Origin: an uncultured Gemmatimonadaceae bacterium
Lineage (GTDB): Bacteria; Gemmatimonadota; Gemmatimonadetes; Gemmatimonadales; Gemmatimonadaceae
Assembly (NCBI GenBank): GCA_963751275.1
Contig: CAVVTZ010000009.1
Location: 416,001-480,000 of the forward strand
Reading direction: 5' to 3'
Length of the DNA stretch: 64,000 bases
This document shows, in pieces, positions 42,743 through 52,340 of this stretch. The translations under genes and the position numbers were made by a program. The notes under the pieces were generated by a model, which saw only the letters and a program-made list of their open reading frames with translations, had not been told where the DNA came from and made no database searches. Position 1 is the stretch's first letter; each line of letters opens with the position of its first letter.

Positions 42743-43477
42743 TTACGGATTCGCGATGAACGCCCACTTCGCTTGCACGCTGGCGGTCACCGAGATGTCG
42801 CCGGCGACGATCGGCGTGTCTGACCCCGCCGGGGCCATCGCGCGCATCGTTGGCCGGATCGGTGTGCTCTCCTCGCCCGTCGTCACCCAGATGAGCGGAC
42901 CGAGCGTGCCCCCCATCGCCTTGGCGAGCACGGTGGCATCCGATTTCGCATGCGCCGCCGCATCGGCCAGCGCCGCGCGCCGTGCGTCGGCGGTGTTCGA
43001 GGCATTGAAGGTGAGATCGTTCACATCCGTCGCGCCCTTCGCGAGCGCGGCGTCGATCACGGCGCCCACCCGGTCGAGCTGCGTGAGCCGTACCGTGATG
43101 GCGTTGTTGGCGACGAAGCCGGTGCGCTGCATGCCGCCCTTCCCATTCGGCTCGTACGCCTCCTGCACGGTGAACCCCGCCGTGCCGATCTGGCTCGGCG
43201 CGATGCCGATCGCGCGCAGCGTGTCGAGCACCGCCCGCTGCGTCTTCGCGTTGGCTTGCGCCGCGGCGCCCGCCGACGTCGCGCGCGTCTCCACTGCGAG
43301 GACGAGCGTCGCGCGGTCCGGCGCGATCAGCACCTCGCGGCTGGCCGAAGTCTGGATCGTCGCCGTGTCGCCGATGCCGATCGGCGCGTGGGGATAGGGC
43401 ACCTGCGCGGCGGCGGGGAGAGCGAGCGCGATCGTGATGAGCGCGGCGATGGCGGTGCGAACGTTCAGGGCGGACAT
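42743..43477 (-). CDS. SIMPL (DUF541) domain protein
   Basis: Signal peptide; APDRATL, VIDAALAKGA, ARRAALADAAAHAKSDA..LA. Confidence 0.88.
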   Translation of the reverse strand: MSALNVRTAIAALITIALALPAAAQVPYPHAPIGIGDTATIQTSASREVLIAPDRATLVLAVETRATSAGAAAQANAKTQRAVLDTLRAIGIAPSQIGTAGFTVQEAYEPNGKGGMQRTGFVANNAITVRLTQLDRVGAVIDAALAKGATDVNDLTFNASNTADARRAALADAAAHAKSDATVLAKAMGGTLGPLIWVTTGEESTPIRPTMRAMAPAGSDTPIVAGDISVTASVQAKWAFIANP

Positions 43478-43508
43478 GATCCAACTCCGTGGCAGGCCGA
43501 ACGTGATT

Positions 43509-44577
43509 CTACTGTGCGTGACCGGGTTTTGCGAGCGCGGAATCTGGCGGCCCGGCGCGCATGAAGCCGAGCAGGAGCGCGAGTGCCGAGTCGGCGGGCT
43601 CCGCCATGCGCTCGACGACCTCTTTGTGCCGCCGTCCCGGCAGGATCACGATGTCCACGCTCGCGCCGGCGGCCTTCGCCTTGGCCTGGAATTTCTGCGC
43701 ATCCTCGAGGATCGGCGGCTGGAAGCGCTCGGAATCGCCCATGATGACGAGCGTGCGCGGCAGCGCGGCGCTCACATAGAGGTACGGATTGGCCGCGACC
43801 CGGTCCGCGAGCGACGCGTACACGTTCTGTTCGTCGCGGTCCGCATCGAAGCCGCGCTGCAGCTCCGCGGGCGTCACACCGCGCCCCGCGGTATCGTATG
43901 GATCGAGCGTGCATCCCATTGCGACGATGCCGGCGATCGCGCGCGGCGTGCGCCGCTGCGCCGCCAGGTATCGCGCGTCGGCGCCGACGATCGCCGAGAG
44001 GAAACAGCCCGAGCTGTGCCCCCAGAGGAAGACGCGCGTCGAGTCGCCGCCCTTCGCCGCAACGTGCCGCACGACCCACGCGAACGCCGCCGCCACATTC
44101 CTGCGGCTGCGCGGGCCATTTCGCGCCCGGCGCGAGACGGTAGTTCACCCGCGCGCAGCCGGCGCCCGCCGCGACGATGTTCGCGCAGATCGTTTCGTAG
44201 GGCGGATCGTCCTTGCCGCCGCTCGTGAGACTCCCGCCGTGCACGAACACGACCGTCGGGAAGCCATGCGCCTGCGGCGTCGCGATGTCGAGCTGTTGTT
44301 CCGCGCCGCCGCCCATGACGTACGGCACGTTCCGCTCCACGGTCGCCGCCACTGCCGGCTCACCGCGTTTCCGCCCGATCACGACCCACACCAGCGGCTC
44401 GGCAATGATGAGCGTGATCGCGATGACGAAGATCGCTTTTCGCATCGGCGACCACCCCGCGAACCCGCGCCCATCGTGCTTTGGCGGTCCGCTGTGCAGC
44501 GGTTCCCACGACGGCGCGTCGCTCGCCGGGAACGACTCCCGCGACGATTCGTCGATCCGATCAGGCGGCTGGCTCAT
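43509..44577 (-). CDS. Membrane-anchored alpha/beta hydrolase (esterase/lipase; frameshift near 44100)
   Basis: FVHGGSL oxyanion motif, NYRLAP, GHSSG nucleophile elbow; N-terminal ESFPASDAPSW module plus a TM helix. Confidence 0.82.
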
Positions 44578-45896
44578 TGACTCTCCGCAGGGGGGAACTG
44601 CAGCTCCATTGTCCCGCCGGCCGGCAGCGCGCGCCACCGCGCCGCGAGCTCGCTGAGGCGCGCGTGGATCGCGGCGAGTTGCTCGTCGGTGACCGTCCGC
44701 GGCCGCGTCATTCCCTTCGAGTCCGCATGCGTGGCGGTGCGCTCGTTCAACTCGGCGGCGGTGAGCGTTTCTCGCAGCAGGAACGTGCGCCAGACTTCGC
44801 CCACGATCGTCTCGACCTCCACCGCTTCGGCGGGGATCGGACCGCGCGGCCAGCCGTTGCCGAAGTCCTCGAAGCTCCAGCCCTGCGCGATCAATCCGAA
44901 GAACGCGCTGCGGATCCCGAGCGTCGACTCCACGCTGTAATGCACGAGATCATGCACCGGGAAGGCGACGTGCGAATGCTGCCACGTGGCCGAGCCGTCG
45001 GCGCGCACGCCGGTGAGCACGGGCGGCGCGTCGGGGGTCTTCTTCAGGCGGATCGTGAGCGGGGGATTCGGCATCGGGCTGTCGTCAACGCGCGCGCGCA
45101 CCCTCGGCTCCCGGCGCGCCCGCATCCACGCGAACCCACCCGCGATGAACAGCAGCGCGATCACCTGCGCGATGGTAAGCCCCGCGATGAACCGGTCGTC
45201 CTTCGCGCGCAGGAACTCGATCAGGAAGCGCTCCGCCCCCGCGAGCACCATGTACACGCCGAAGAGCCAGCCGTCGGCATGCTTGTGATCCCGCAGGCGC
45301 CACAACATCAGGAACATCACGAAGCCGAGCGTGATCTCGTACAGCTGCGTGGGATATACCGAGAGCACGGTGTTCGGCAGCACGCCCGCCGCCACCGGCA
45401 CGCCGAACATCGACTGCATGTTCGCCGCGGTGCTGGGTGGCGCGCCCTGCGGGAAGCTCACCGCGAAGATCGAATTCCACGGACGCCCGTAATCATCGCC
45501 CACCGCCCAGCAGCCGGTGCGCCCCACCGCATACGCCGCGGCGATGGCCATGCCCGCGACGTCGGCGATCTTCCAGAAGGGGAGCCTTCGCGCGCGGATC
45601 GTGAGCGTCACGGCGATGATGCCGCCGACCAGCCCGCCCCAGAAGACGAATCCGCCGCGGCTCAGCAGATTGTGGATGTCCTGCGTGAGGATCACGTAGT
45701 AGATCTTCGCGCCCAACAATCCGCCCACCACCGCGGCGAGCACGAGGTCGCCGATGTAGCTCGCGTCGTTGCCGCGGCGCTCGAGCGCGCGCTCGCTCAC
45801 GGTCTGTGCGACCATGAAGGCCATGAGCACGGCGAGTCCGAAGCCCGTGAAGGTCAGCGGGCCGAGGTGGATCTCGAAGGGATGGGCTACCGTCAT
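44574..45896 (-). CDS. lgt: Prolipoprotein diacylglyceryl transferase, with an in-frame C-terminal domain of unknown function
   Basis: GAKIYYV, GFVFWGG, GRTGC..GDDYG, YPTQLYE, RFLIEFLR; extra ~165 aa from MPNPPL (about 45074). Confidence 0.85.
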   Translation of the reverse strand: MTVAHPFEIHLGPLTFTGFGLAVLMAFMVAQTVSERALERRGNDASYIGDLVLAAVVGGLLGAKIYYVILTQDIHNLLSRGGFVFWGGLVGGIIAVTLTIRARRLPFWKIADVAGMAIAAAYAVGRTGCWAVGDDYGRPWNSIFAVSFPQGAPPSTAANMQSMFGVPVAAGVLPNTVLSVYPTQLYEITLGFVMFLMLWRLRDHKHADGWLFGVYMVLAGAERFLIEFLRAKDDRFIAGLTIAQVIALLFIAGGFAWMRARREPRVRARVDDSPMPNPPLTIRLKKTPDAPPVLTGVRADGSATWQHSHVAFPVHDLVHYSVESTLGIRSAFFGLIAQGWSFEDFGNGWPRGPIPAEAVEVETIVGEVWRTFLLRETLTAAELNERTATHADSKGMTRPRTVTDEQLAAIHARLSELAARWRALPAGGTMELQFPPAESQ

Positions 45897-46939
45897 GCGG
45901 CCACGAGTCCGGGCAAGGGAAGGGAAGCATACGCATTCAAGTCGAGCGCCGCACGTTCGCCGCGCTCGAAGCGGAACAGTCCGGCTCGGGCGATCATCGC
46001 GGCGTTGTCGGTCGCGAGCCGCGGGCTGGGCGCGAACACCTCGGCGCCACTCTCCGCGAGCCGCTCCCGCATCGCCTCCTGCAGCGTGCGGTTGCAGGCG
46101 ACGCCGCCGCCCAGTATCACCCGCGTGCGCCCGAAGCGTTCCGCGGCGCGCGCCGTCTTCTCGGTGAGCGTCGCGATCATCGCGTCCTGGAATCCGCGCG
46201 CGATGCTCGCGCGCGCGGTCTCCAGATCGGTGCCGTTACTACGTACCACATTCAAGACCGCCGTTTTCAGTCCGCTGAAGGACATGTCGTAATAATCCTC
46301 GTCGCCCGGCTCCGCGCTCGCGCGCAGCATCGGGCGCGTGAAGCGGAACGCCTTCGGATCCCCCTCGCGCGCGGCGCGCTCGATCTGTGGACCGCCGGGG
46401 TACGGCAGGCCGAGCAGCTTCGCGACCTTGTCGAAGGCTTCGCCGGCCGCGTCGTCGCGCGTCGCGCCCAGCAGGTGGTACGTGCCCCATGCCGGGACAT
46501 TGAGCAGCATCGTGTGGCCTCCGGAAATGAGCAGCGCGGTGAACGGCGGCACCGCCCGCTCGTGCTCGATCGACGTCGCGAACAGATGCCCCTCCATGTG
46601 ATGCACGCCCACCACCGGCAGCCCGTGCGCGAAAGCGAGACTCTTGCCGAAGCTCACGCCCACGAGCAGCGCCCCCACGAGTCCCGGCGCGTGCGTCACC
46701 GCGACGGCGTCGAGCTCATGCGCACCGACGTGCGCGTCGGCCAGCGCGCGCTCCACCACCGGCACGATGCTCGTGAGATGCGCACGCGACGCGATCTCCG
46801 GCACCACGCCGCCGAACACGCGGTGCACATCCTGCGAGAGGATCACGAGCGAGCGCATCGCGACCACGTCGCCCGTGCCTTCCAGGACGGCGGCCGACGT
46901 CTCGTCGCACGACGTCTCGATGCCGAGGATGCGCGTCAT
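45893..46939 (-). CDS. tsaD: tRNA t6A synthase TsaD
   Basis: LGIETSCDET, HHMEGH, SGGHT, DDAAGEAFDK, SFSGLKT, TDNAAMIA. Confidence 0.96.
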   Translation of the reverse strand: MTRILGIETSCDETSAAVLEGTGDVVAMRSLVILSQDVHRVFGGVVPEIASRAHLTSIVPVVERALADAHVGAHELDAVAVTHAPGLVGALLVGVSFGKSLAFAHGLPVVGVHHMEGHLFATSIEHERAVPPFTALLISGGHTMLLNVPAWGTYHLLGATRDDAAGEAFDKVAKLLGLPYPGGPQIERAAREGDPKAFRFTRPMLRASAEPGDEDYYDMSFSGLKTAVLNVVRSNGTDLETARASIARGFQDAMIATLTEKTARAAERFGRTRVILGGGVACNRTLQEAMRERLAESGAEVFAPSPRLATDNAAMIARAGLFRFERGERAALDLNAYASLPLPGLVAA

Positions 46940-47361
46940 GGGGCGGCCTTCAGCTTGAGGCGCAGCACGCGCGGGCGGATGTCGCGCACGCGCGCGTCCA
47001 CGCCGGCGGGGAACTCAATGTCGCCGGAGGCGAGCGCGATCACCGCGACGCCGCCGCCGGCGTCGGCCGCTTCCATGTGCGCCACCGGATGCGTGGAGGC
47101 GAGCTCGAGCAGGTCGCGCCCGCGCCCCGCGACGAGCGCCCGCACCTTCGGCGGCGCGTCCGCCAGCGCGAATCCGGAATCCACCGAGAGGTCGAGGCGC
47201 ACATCCACCCACTGCTCGGCCTGGTCCTGCAGCGTCACCACGAGCCAGAGCAGCATCGCGAGCAGCAGCGCGGCGATCTTCGCGGGCAGCCGTTCGGTGA
47301 ACGCGGCCCGAACGCGGAGAGGGATGGTGCGCCGCTTGATGTTGGACCCGAACCCCGTCAT
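46936..47361 (-). CDS. Short CdaR/YbbR-like membrane protein
   Basis: KIAALLLAMLLWLVV TM segment followed by one YbbR-like beta domain; ATGA overlap with tsaD. Start uncertain. Confidence 0.6.
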   Translation of the reverse strand: MTGFGSNIKRRTIPLRVRAAFTERLPAKIAALLLAMLLWLVVTLQDQAEQWVDVRLDLSVDSGFALADAPPKVRALVAGRGRDLLELASTHPVAHMEAADAGGGVAVIALASGDIEFPAGVDARVRDIRPRVLRLKLKAAP

Positions 47362-47444
47362 TGGTCCCCCGAACGCCGTGAGATACGGCCGAGTGGTTCG
47401 TAATACCACGAACCACTCGTCAATGACGTAGTTCGGGGGACCAA
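47361..47444. repeat. 84-bp variant of the palindromic element (copy C)
   Basis: Same 14-bp terminal IR (TTGGTCCCCCGAAC / GTTCGGGGGACCAA), different interior with two hairpins. Confidence 0.8.
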
Positions 47445-47494
47445 GTACGTGGTTCCGGGGTTCCAGCCTCGCACCGGCACATTCATCGGCAGAT

Positions 47495-48037
47495 TCATTC
47501 CGCCAGCAGCCGTTCGACGAACGCGCGATTGTCCGGCGAATCCCAGCGCTGCGCGCCGATCACCTTGCGGCGGATCATCCCGTCCTTGGCCACCACGAAC
47601 GTCGCCGGGATGCCGAACGCGTCGAGCATCTGCTCGATGTGCCCCGTCCCCTCCTGCAGGATGGGGAAGGTGAGACCGTACTGCTTCACGAACGCGCGGA
47701 TCTGCGGTTCGAGCCCCGGATTGTCGATGGAGACGCCCACCACGACGAGGCCCTTGGGGCCGAGCTGAGCGTGCAGCCGCTCGAGGCTGGGCATCTCCTC
47801 GCGGCAGGGAATGCAGTACGTCGCCCAGACGTTCACGAGCACGACGCGCCCGCGATAATCGGAGAAATGCTTCGGGACCGCTGGCTCATCCATCGTGTGC
47901 GCATAGAAATCCGGCATTTGCTCCCCCACGGACGCGGTGCCCGCGCCGGCACCGAGATGCGTGGCCGCGTAGGCCGCCCCGCCGGTGAGGATGGCGATCA
48001 CGGCGCCCACCACGGCCCACTGCGCCCGCTGGGTCAC
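47495..48037 (-). CDS. TlpA/ResA-like thiol-disulfide oxidoreductase
   Basis: N-terminal TM, VNVWATYCIPCREEMP, GIPATF cis-Pro loop. Confidence 0.9.
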   Translation of the reverse strand: MTQRAQWAVVGAVIAILTGGAAYAATHLGAGAGTASVGEQMPDFYAHTMDEPAVPKHFSDYRGRVVLVNVWATYCIPCREEMPSLERLHAQLGPKGLVVVGVSIDNPGLEPQIRAFVKQYGLTFPILQEGTGHIEQMLDAFGIPATFVVAKDGMIRRKVIGAQRWDSPDNRAFVERLLAE

Positions 48038-48699
48038 GCCTGCTCCATCGCGAGCCGGCGCAGCGCGCCGATCTCTTCCTTCGGATCCTTGGCCGCGCAC
48101 ACGGCTTGCCCGGCCACGAAGGTGTCCGCGCCGGCGCGGTGCACCTTCGCGATCGTGTCGCGGTTGATCCCGCCGTCCACCTCGAGCACGGCGCGGCTGT
48201 GCGCGCCATCGAGCAGCAGGCGCGCGCGGCGCACCTTGTCCACCGACGCGGGGATGAACGTCTGTCCGCCGAAGCCGGGGTTCACGCTCATGATGAGCAG
48301 GAGATCGAGCATCCCGATCACCTCGGTCACCGCGTCGAGCGGCGTGCTCGGGTTCAATGCCACGCCGGCCATGCAGCCGAGTTCGCGGATGCGGCCGAGC
48401 TGGCGGTTCAGGTGCGGCGAGACCTCCGCGTGGATCGTGATGTGGTTCGCGCCCGCGGCGGCGAAGCTGTCGAAGTAGCGCTCGGGCTCCACGACCATGA
48501 GGTGCACATCGAGCGGGAGCTTCGTGAGGCGCCGCAGCGTCTCGATCACCTTCGCGCCGAAGGTGAGGTTCGGCACGAAGCGGCCGTCCATGACGTCCAC
48601 GTGCAGCCAGTCGGCGCCGCCGGCTTCGAGGCGCGCGACTTCCCGGTCGAGCTGCGCGAAGTCCGCGCTCAGCATGGAGGGTGCGATGCGGACGGTCAC
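48034..48699 (-). CDS. rpe: Ribulose-phosphate 3-epimerase
   Basis: IAPSMLSADF, HVDVMDG, DVHLM, MSVNPGFGGQ, VDGGI. Confidence 0.96.
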   Translation of the reverse strand: MTVRIAPSMLSADFAQLDREVARLEAGGADWLHVDVMDGRFVPNLTFGAKVIETLRRLTKLPLDVHLMVVEPERYFDSFAAAGANHITIHAEVSPHLNRQLGRIRELGCMAGVALNPSTPLDAVTEVIGMLDLLLIMSVNPGFGGQTFIPASVDKVRRARLLLDGAHSRAVLEVDGGINRDTIAKVHRAGADTFVAGQAVCAAKDPKEEIGALRRLAMEQA

Positions 48700-49427
48700 G
48701 GATGGAAGGCCACGGAAAGGGTCACGGAACTGCCGGAATTCACGGCTTGCGAGGGCGCCGGGTCCTGCGCGATCACGGTGCCGTTCGGCGCATCGGCCGC
48801 CGTGTCATGCGCGGGCCCGACGATGAAGCCGAGCTGCTCGAGCAGTGAGCGCGCGGCGGCGTACTGCTGCCCCGTGACGTCGGGCACGGTCACGAGCGAC
48901 GGCCCGGCGCTCACGGTGATCGTGATCGCGCTCGCCGCCGGCACGCGCGCGCCCGACGCGGGGAAGCTGCTCAGCACGGTGCCGCGCGGCGACGGGCTGT
49001 CCTGCGCGATGACGTCCCCGATGTCGAGGCCGCTGTTCGTGAGGGTGGCCTCGGCCTGCTGCTGCGTGAGCCCGTTGATCGGCGGCACTTCCACCGTGCG
49101 CTGGCCGCGTGAGATGTCGAGCACCACGCGCGCGCCGCGCGAGTGCACGGTCTGCGGCGCCGGCGACTGGTTGAGCACGCTCCCCGCCGGCACGGTGCTC
49201 TCGTAGCGCTGTTCGCCGCGCTGCGCGACGAATCCCGAGTCGGTGAGGATCTGCTTCGCCTGCTCGAACGGCAGGCCGGTGACGTTCGGCACCGGCAGGT
49301 CGGAGCGCGCCCCGTTGCTCGGGAAGATGAACAGTCCGACGATCGCGTACGCGAGCACGAAGCCGCCGCCGCTCACCGCGAAGTAGGGCCACACCTTCTT
49401 CACGAAGGCCTTCAGCGCATCGTTCAC
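48696..49427 (-). CDS. Membrane-anchored PASTA-domain protein (3 PASTA repeats, no kinase domain)
   Basis: Short N-terminus plus TM, then VPNVTG, VPPING and VPDVTG repeats with G.V..Q.P motifs. Confidence 0.88.
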   Translation of the reverse strand: MNDALKAFVKKVWPYFAVSGGGFVLAYAIVGLFIFPSNGARSDLPVPNVTGLPFEQAKQILTDSGFVAQRGEQRYESTVPAGSVLNQSPAPQTVHSRGARVVLDISRGQRTVEVPPINGLTQQQAEATLTNSGLDIGDVIAQDSPSPRGTVLSSFPASGARVPAASAITITVSAGPSLVTVPDVTGQQYAAARSLLEQLGFIVGPAHDTAADAPNGTVIAQDPAPSQAVNSGSSVTLSVAFHP

Positions 49428-50780
49428 GCGGCGCTCCGGCGCAGGCGCGCGGCGAACGCGCCGTCCACGTGATGGCGCTGGGGCAGCACGCGCAGCCGTC
49501 CGGCGTCGAGCACCTCGGCCGGCACCGCGCCCGCGGGCGGCGGCTCGAGCGTCCACGCGCCGCGCGCGTCGGCGAGGAAGCTCTCGATCTGCGCATCGTT
49601 CTCCTCGGGCTCGATGGAGCAGGTGGAATACACGAGCAGACCGCCGGGCCGCACGATCTCCGCCGCCGCGCGCAGCAGTGCGCGCTGCAGCGCGCCCATC
49701 ACCGCGAGATCGCTCGGCTTGAGCCGCCAGCGCGCATCGGGGTGGCGGCGGAAGGTGCCGGTGCCGCTGCACGGCACATCGAGCAGCACGGCGTCCACCG
49801 TGCCGACGGCCGGGAATCGCGCGTCCGCCACCACGGCATGGACGTTCTTCGCGTCCACGCGCGCGATGTTCTGCAGCAATCGCGGCGCACGCGCGGGGCT
49901 GCGGTCGCACGCGATCACCACCGACGCCGTGCGCGCGAGCTCGAGCGCCTTCCCGCCGGGCGCGGCGCACAGGTCGGCGACGCGCGAACCCGGCGCGATC
50001 GCCGCGTACTCGGTGACGAGCGTCGCGCCCGGATCCTGCACGAAGAACTGGCCCCGCCGGTACGCGCCGAGCTCGGTGAGCGACGGACCGCCCGCGATCT
50101 CGAGGCTCCCGCGCACGAGCGGCACATCGCGCGTCGTGACGCCCGCCTCCTCGAGGATCGACTCGAGCTGCTCGCGCACCACGCCGTAGGGACGCGAGCA
50201 CCGTGGGCGGCTCGCTGTTGTTCTGCGCGAGCAGCGCCGCGGTGTCGGCCGCGCCCCAGCGCGCCACCCAGCGCGCCACGAGCCAGCGCGGGTGCGAGTG
50301 CGCGAGCGCCAGCGCTTCCACCGGATCCTCGGGCACCGCGAGCGCGAGCTCGGCGCGCTCGCGGTCGATCCGCCGCAGCACCGCGTTCGCGAGGCGGCTC
50401 GCCCCGAGGCCGTGCCGCTGCTTGACGAGCTCCACCGTCTGCGCGATCGCCGCGTATGCCGGTACGGAGTTCATGTGGAGCAATTGGTCGGTGCCGAGGC
50501 GGAGCAGGTCCACGACGTCGGCGTCGAGGCGCGCGAGGCCGCCGGTCACGCGCGGCGCGATCTGCGCGTCGAGTTCGGCGCGGCGGCGCAGCATGCCGAA
50601 CACCAGTTCCTGCAGCCAGCGGCGGTCGCGCGCGTCCAGCGCGGCGGCGCGCGCTTCGAACGCCGGGTCGAGCATCTCGCCCTTCCGCAGGTCCGCGCAC
50701 AGGTCTGCCGCCGCGCGCCGCGCGTCGGTCACCTGCGAGAGCGGACGGTCAGCCGGAGCCGGTGCGGGACGCGTCGTCAT
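49424..50780 (-). CDS. rsmB: 16S rRNA m5C967 methyltransferase (frameshift near 50195)
   Basis: NusB-like N-domain, SHPRWL, VQD, DLCAAPGGK, DVPCSGTG, YSTCS. Confidence 0.92.
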
Positions 50781-51406
50781 AGGCGGAAAGATAGCGCGCG
50801 GCGGCGGCGCCGGCATCGTCGGCGCCCCAGAATGCCGCGGATCGCGGCCGTCCCCCACGCCCCCGCCTTGCGCAGCAGCGGCGCGTGCTCGGGGCTCACG
50901 CCGCCGATCGCGAGCACCGGCGCCGACGTGCTCGCGATGATCTCGCGAATGAGGCCGATCCCGCGCCCCGGCGCGCCCGGGTGCGACGGCGTCTCGAACA
51001 CGTGGCCCGCCACGAGCCAGTCGGCGCCGTCCTTCGCCGCGAACGCCGCCTCGGTGGCGTCGTGCACGCTCGCGCCCAGGCGCATGGTCGCCGCCGGCGC
51101 CAGCGCGCGCGCCTGCCGCACGGTGAGCGAGCGTGACGTCAGCTGGGCCGCGCGCGCGCCGAGCGCGAGCGCCAGGTCCACGCGGTCGTTGACCACGAGC
51201 CACGCGCCGCCGCGCGACTGCTCGGCGGCGAGATGCACGCCGAGGTCGAAGAGGCGCGCGGCGGTGGTGCGCGCGCCGCGCAGGTGCAGCGCGCCGCGCG
51301 GACCGAGCGCGCGCATCACCGCGCGCATGCGCTCCAGGGCATCGTCGCGCGCCAGCACCTCATCGTCGGTGACGGCGTGGATGACGGGGATCCCCTCAGC
51401 TCCCAA
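50749..51406 (-). CDS. Thiamine phosphate synthase / TenI-like protein (indel near C-terminus)
   Basis: VNDRVDLA, GASVH, GHVFETPSH, PVLAIGG; corrected end ..GIWGADDAGAAAARYLSAYDDASRTGSG*. Confidence 0.8.
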
Positions 51407-52340
51407 GCCGTTCTCCCGCCTTGATGCCGCGGCCGCGGTACCACTCCGCCGCCGTCACGCGCTTCTTGCCGGTGGGCTGCACCTGGTGCACGCGCACCGC
51501 GCCATCGCCGCACGCCACGAGCATGCCCGCATCGCCCACCGCGAGCACCGTGCCGTACGGGTCATCCCGGTCATCGCCGCCCTCCTCGGTCTCGGAGGCG
51601 CCGAACAGCTTCACTTCCGCGCCGCGGTGCAGCGTGAAGGCGCCGGGCTTCGGATCGTACGCGCGGATCGCGCGCGCGACCACGCCGCATCCCTCCTGCC
51701 AGTTCACGCGCGCCATCTCCCGTTCGATCTTGGGGGCGAAGGTGGCGGCCCCGTCGTCCTGCGGGCGCTCGGTGGCCTGGCCGAGTTGCAGCAGAGTGAG
51801 CGCTTCGATGAGCGCGAGCGCGCCGAGCTCGGAAAGGCGCAGCTCGAGCTCGCCCGCGGTCTCGTCGCGCTCCACCGGCGTGCGCGCCTGCAGCACGATC
51901 GGGCCGGCGTCGAGCGCGAGCACCATGCGCATGATCGTCACGCCCGTCTCGAGCATCCCTTCGCGGATCGCGGCCTGGATGGGCGCGGCGCCCCGGAACT
52001 TCGGCAGCAGCGACGCGTGCACGTTCAGCGTGCCCTGCGAGGGCAGGTCGATCACGTCCTGCTTCAGGATGTGCCCGTACGACGCGACGATCGAGATCTC
52101 GGGCTCGAGCGCGCGGAGCGCCGCCAGGAACTCTGCGCCGCGCGGCTTCTCGGGCTGGAAGAGCGGGATCGATTCTTCGACCGCCACCTCCTTCACCGGC
52201 GACGGGACGAGCGTGGACCGCGAGCGGCCCACGGCCCGGTCGGGCTGCGTGATCACGCCCACGACATCGAACCCTTCGCCCAGCAGCGCGCGCAGCGACG
52301 GCACCGCGAACGCCGAAGTCCCCCAGAAGAGGGTGCGCAC
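51396..52340 (-). CDS. fmt: Methionyl-tRNA formyltransferase
   Basis: FWGTSAFA, TQPDR, NVHASLLPKFRGAAPIQ, LDAGP. Confidence 0.95.
   Translation of the reverse strand: MRTLFWGTSAFAVPSLRALLGEGFDVVGVITQPDRAVGRSRSTLVPSPVKEVAVEESIPLFQPEKPRGAEFLAALRALEPEISIVASYGHILKQDVIDLPSQGTLNVHASLLPKFRGAAPIQAAIREGMLETGVTIMRMVLALDAGPIVLQARTPVERDETAGELELRLSELGALALIEALTLLQLGQATERPQDDGAATFAPKIEREMARVNWQEGCGVVARAIRAYDPKPGAFTLHRGAEVKLFGASETEEGGDDRDDPYGTVLAVGDAGMLVACGDGAVRVHQVQPTGKKRVTAAEWYRGRGIKAGERLGS

Noticed and set aside
47361..47444. Possible tRNA (multi-stem fold, GGTTCG, ends in CCA)
   Set aside because: The CCA is paired within the terminal IR, there is no proper D or anticodon arm, and the termini match the repeat family.
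48696..51203. 835-aa RsmB-PASTA fusion ORF
   Set aside because: Off-frame read-through after an indel near 50195. The RsmB catalytic domain is in ORF 49424..50182.
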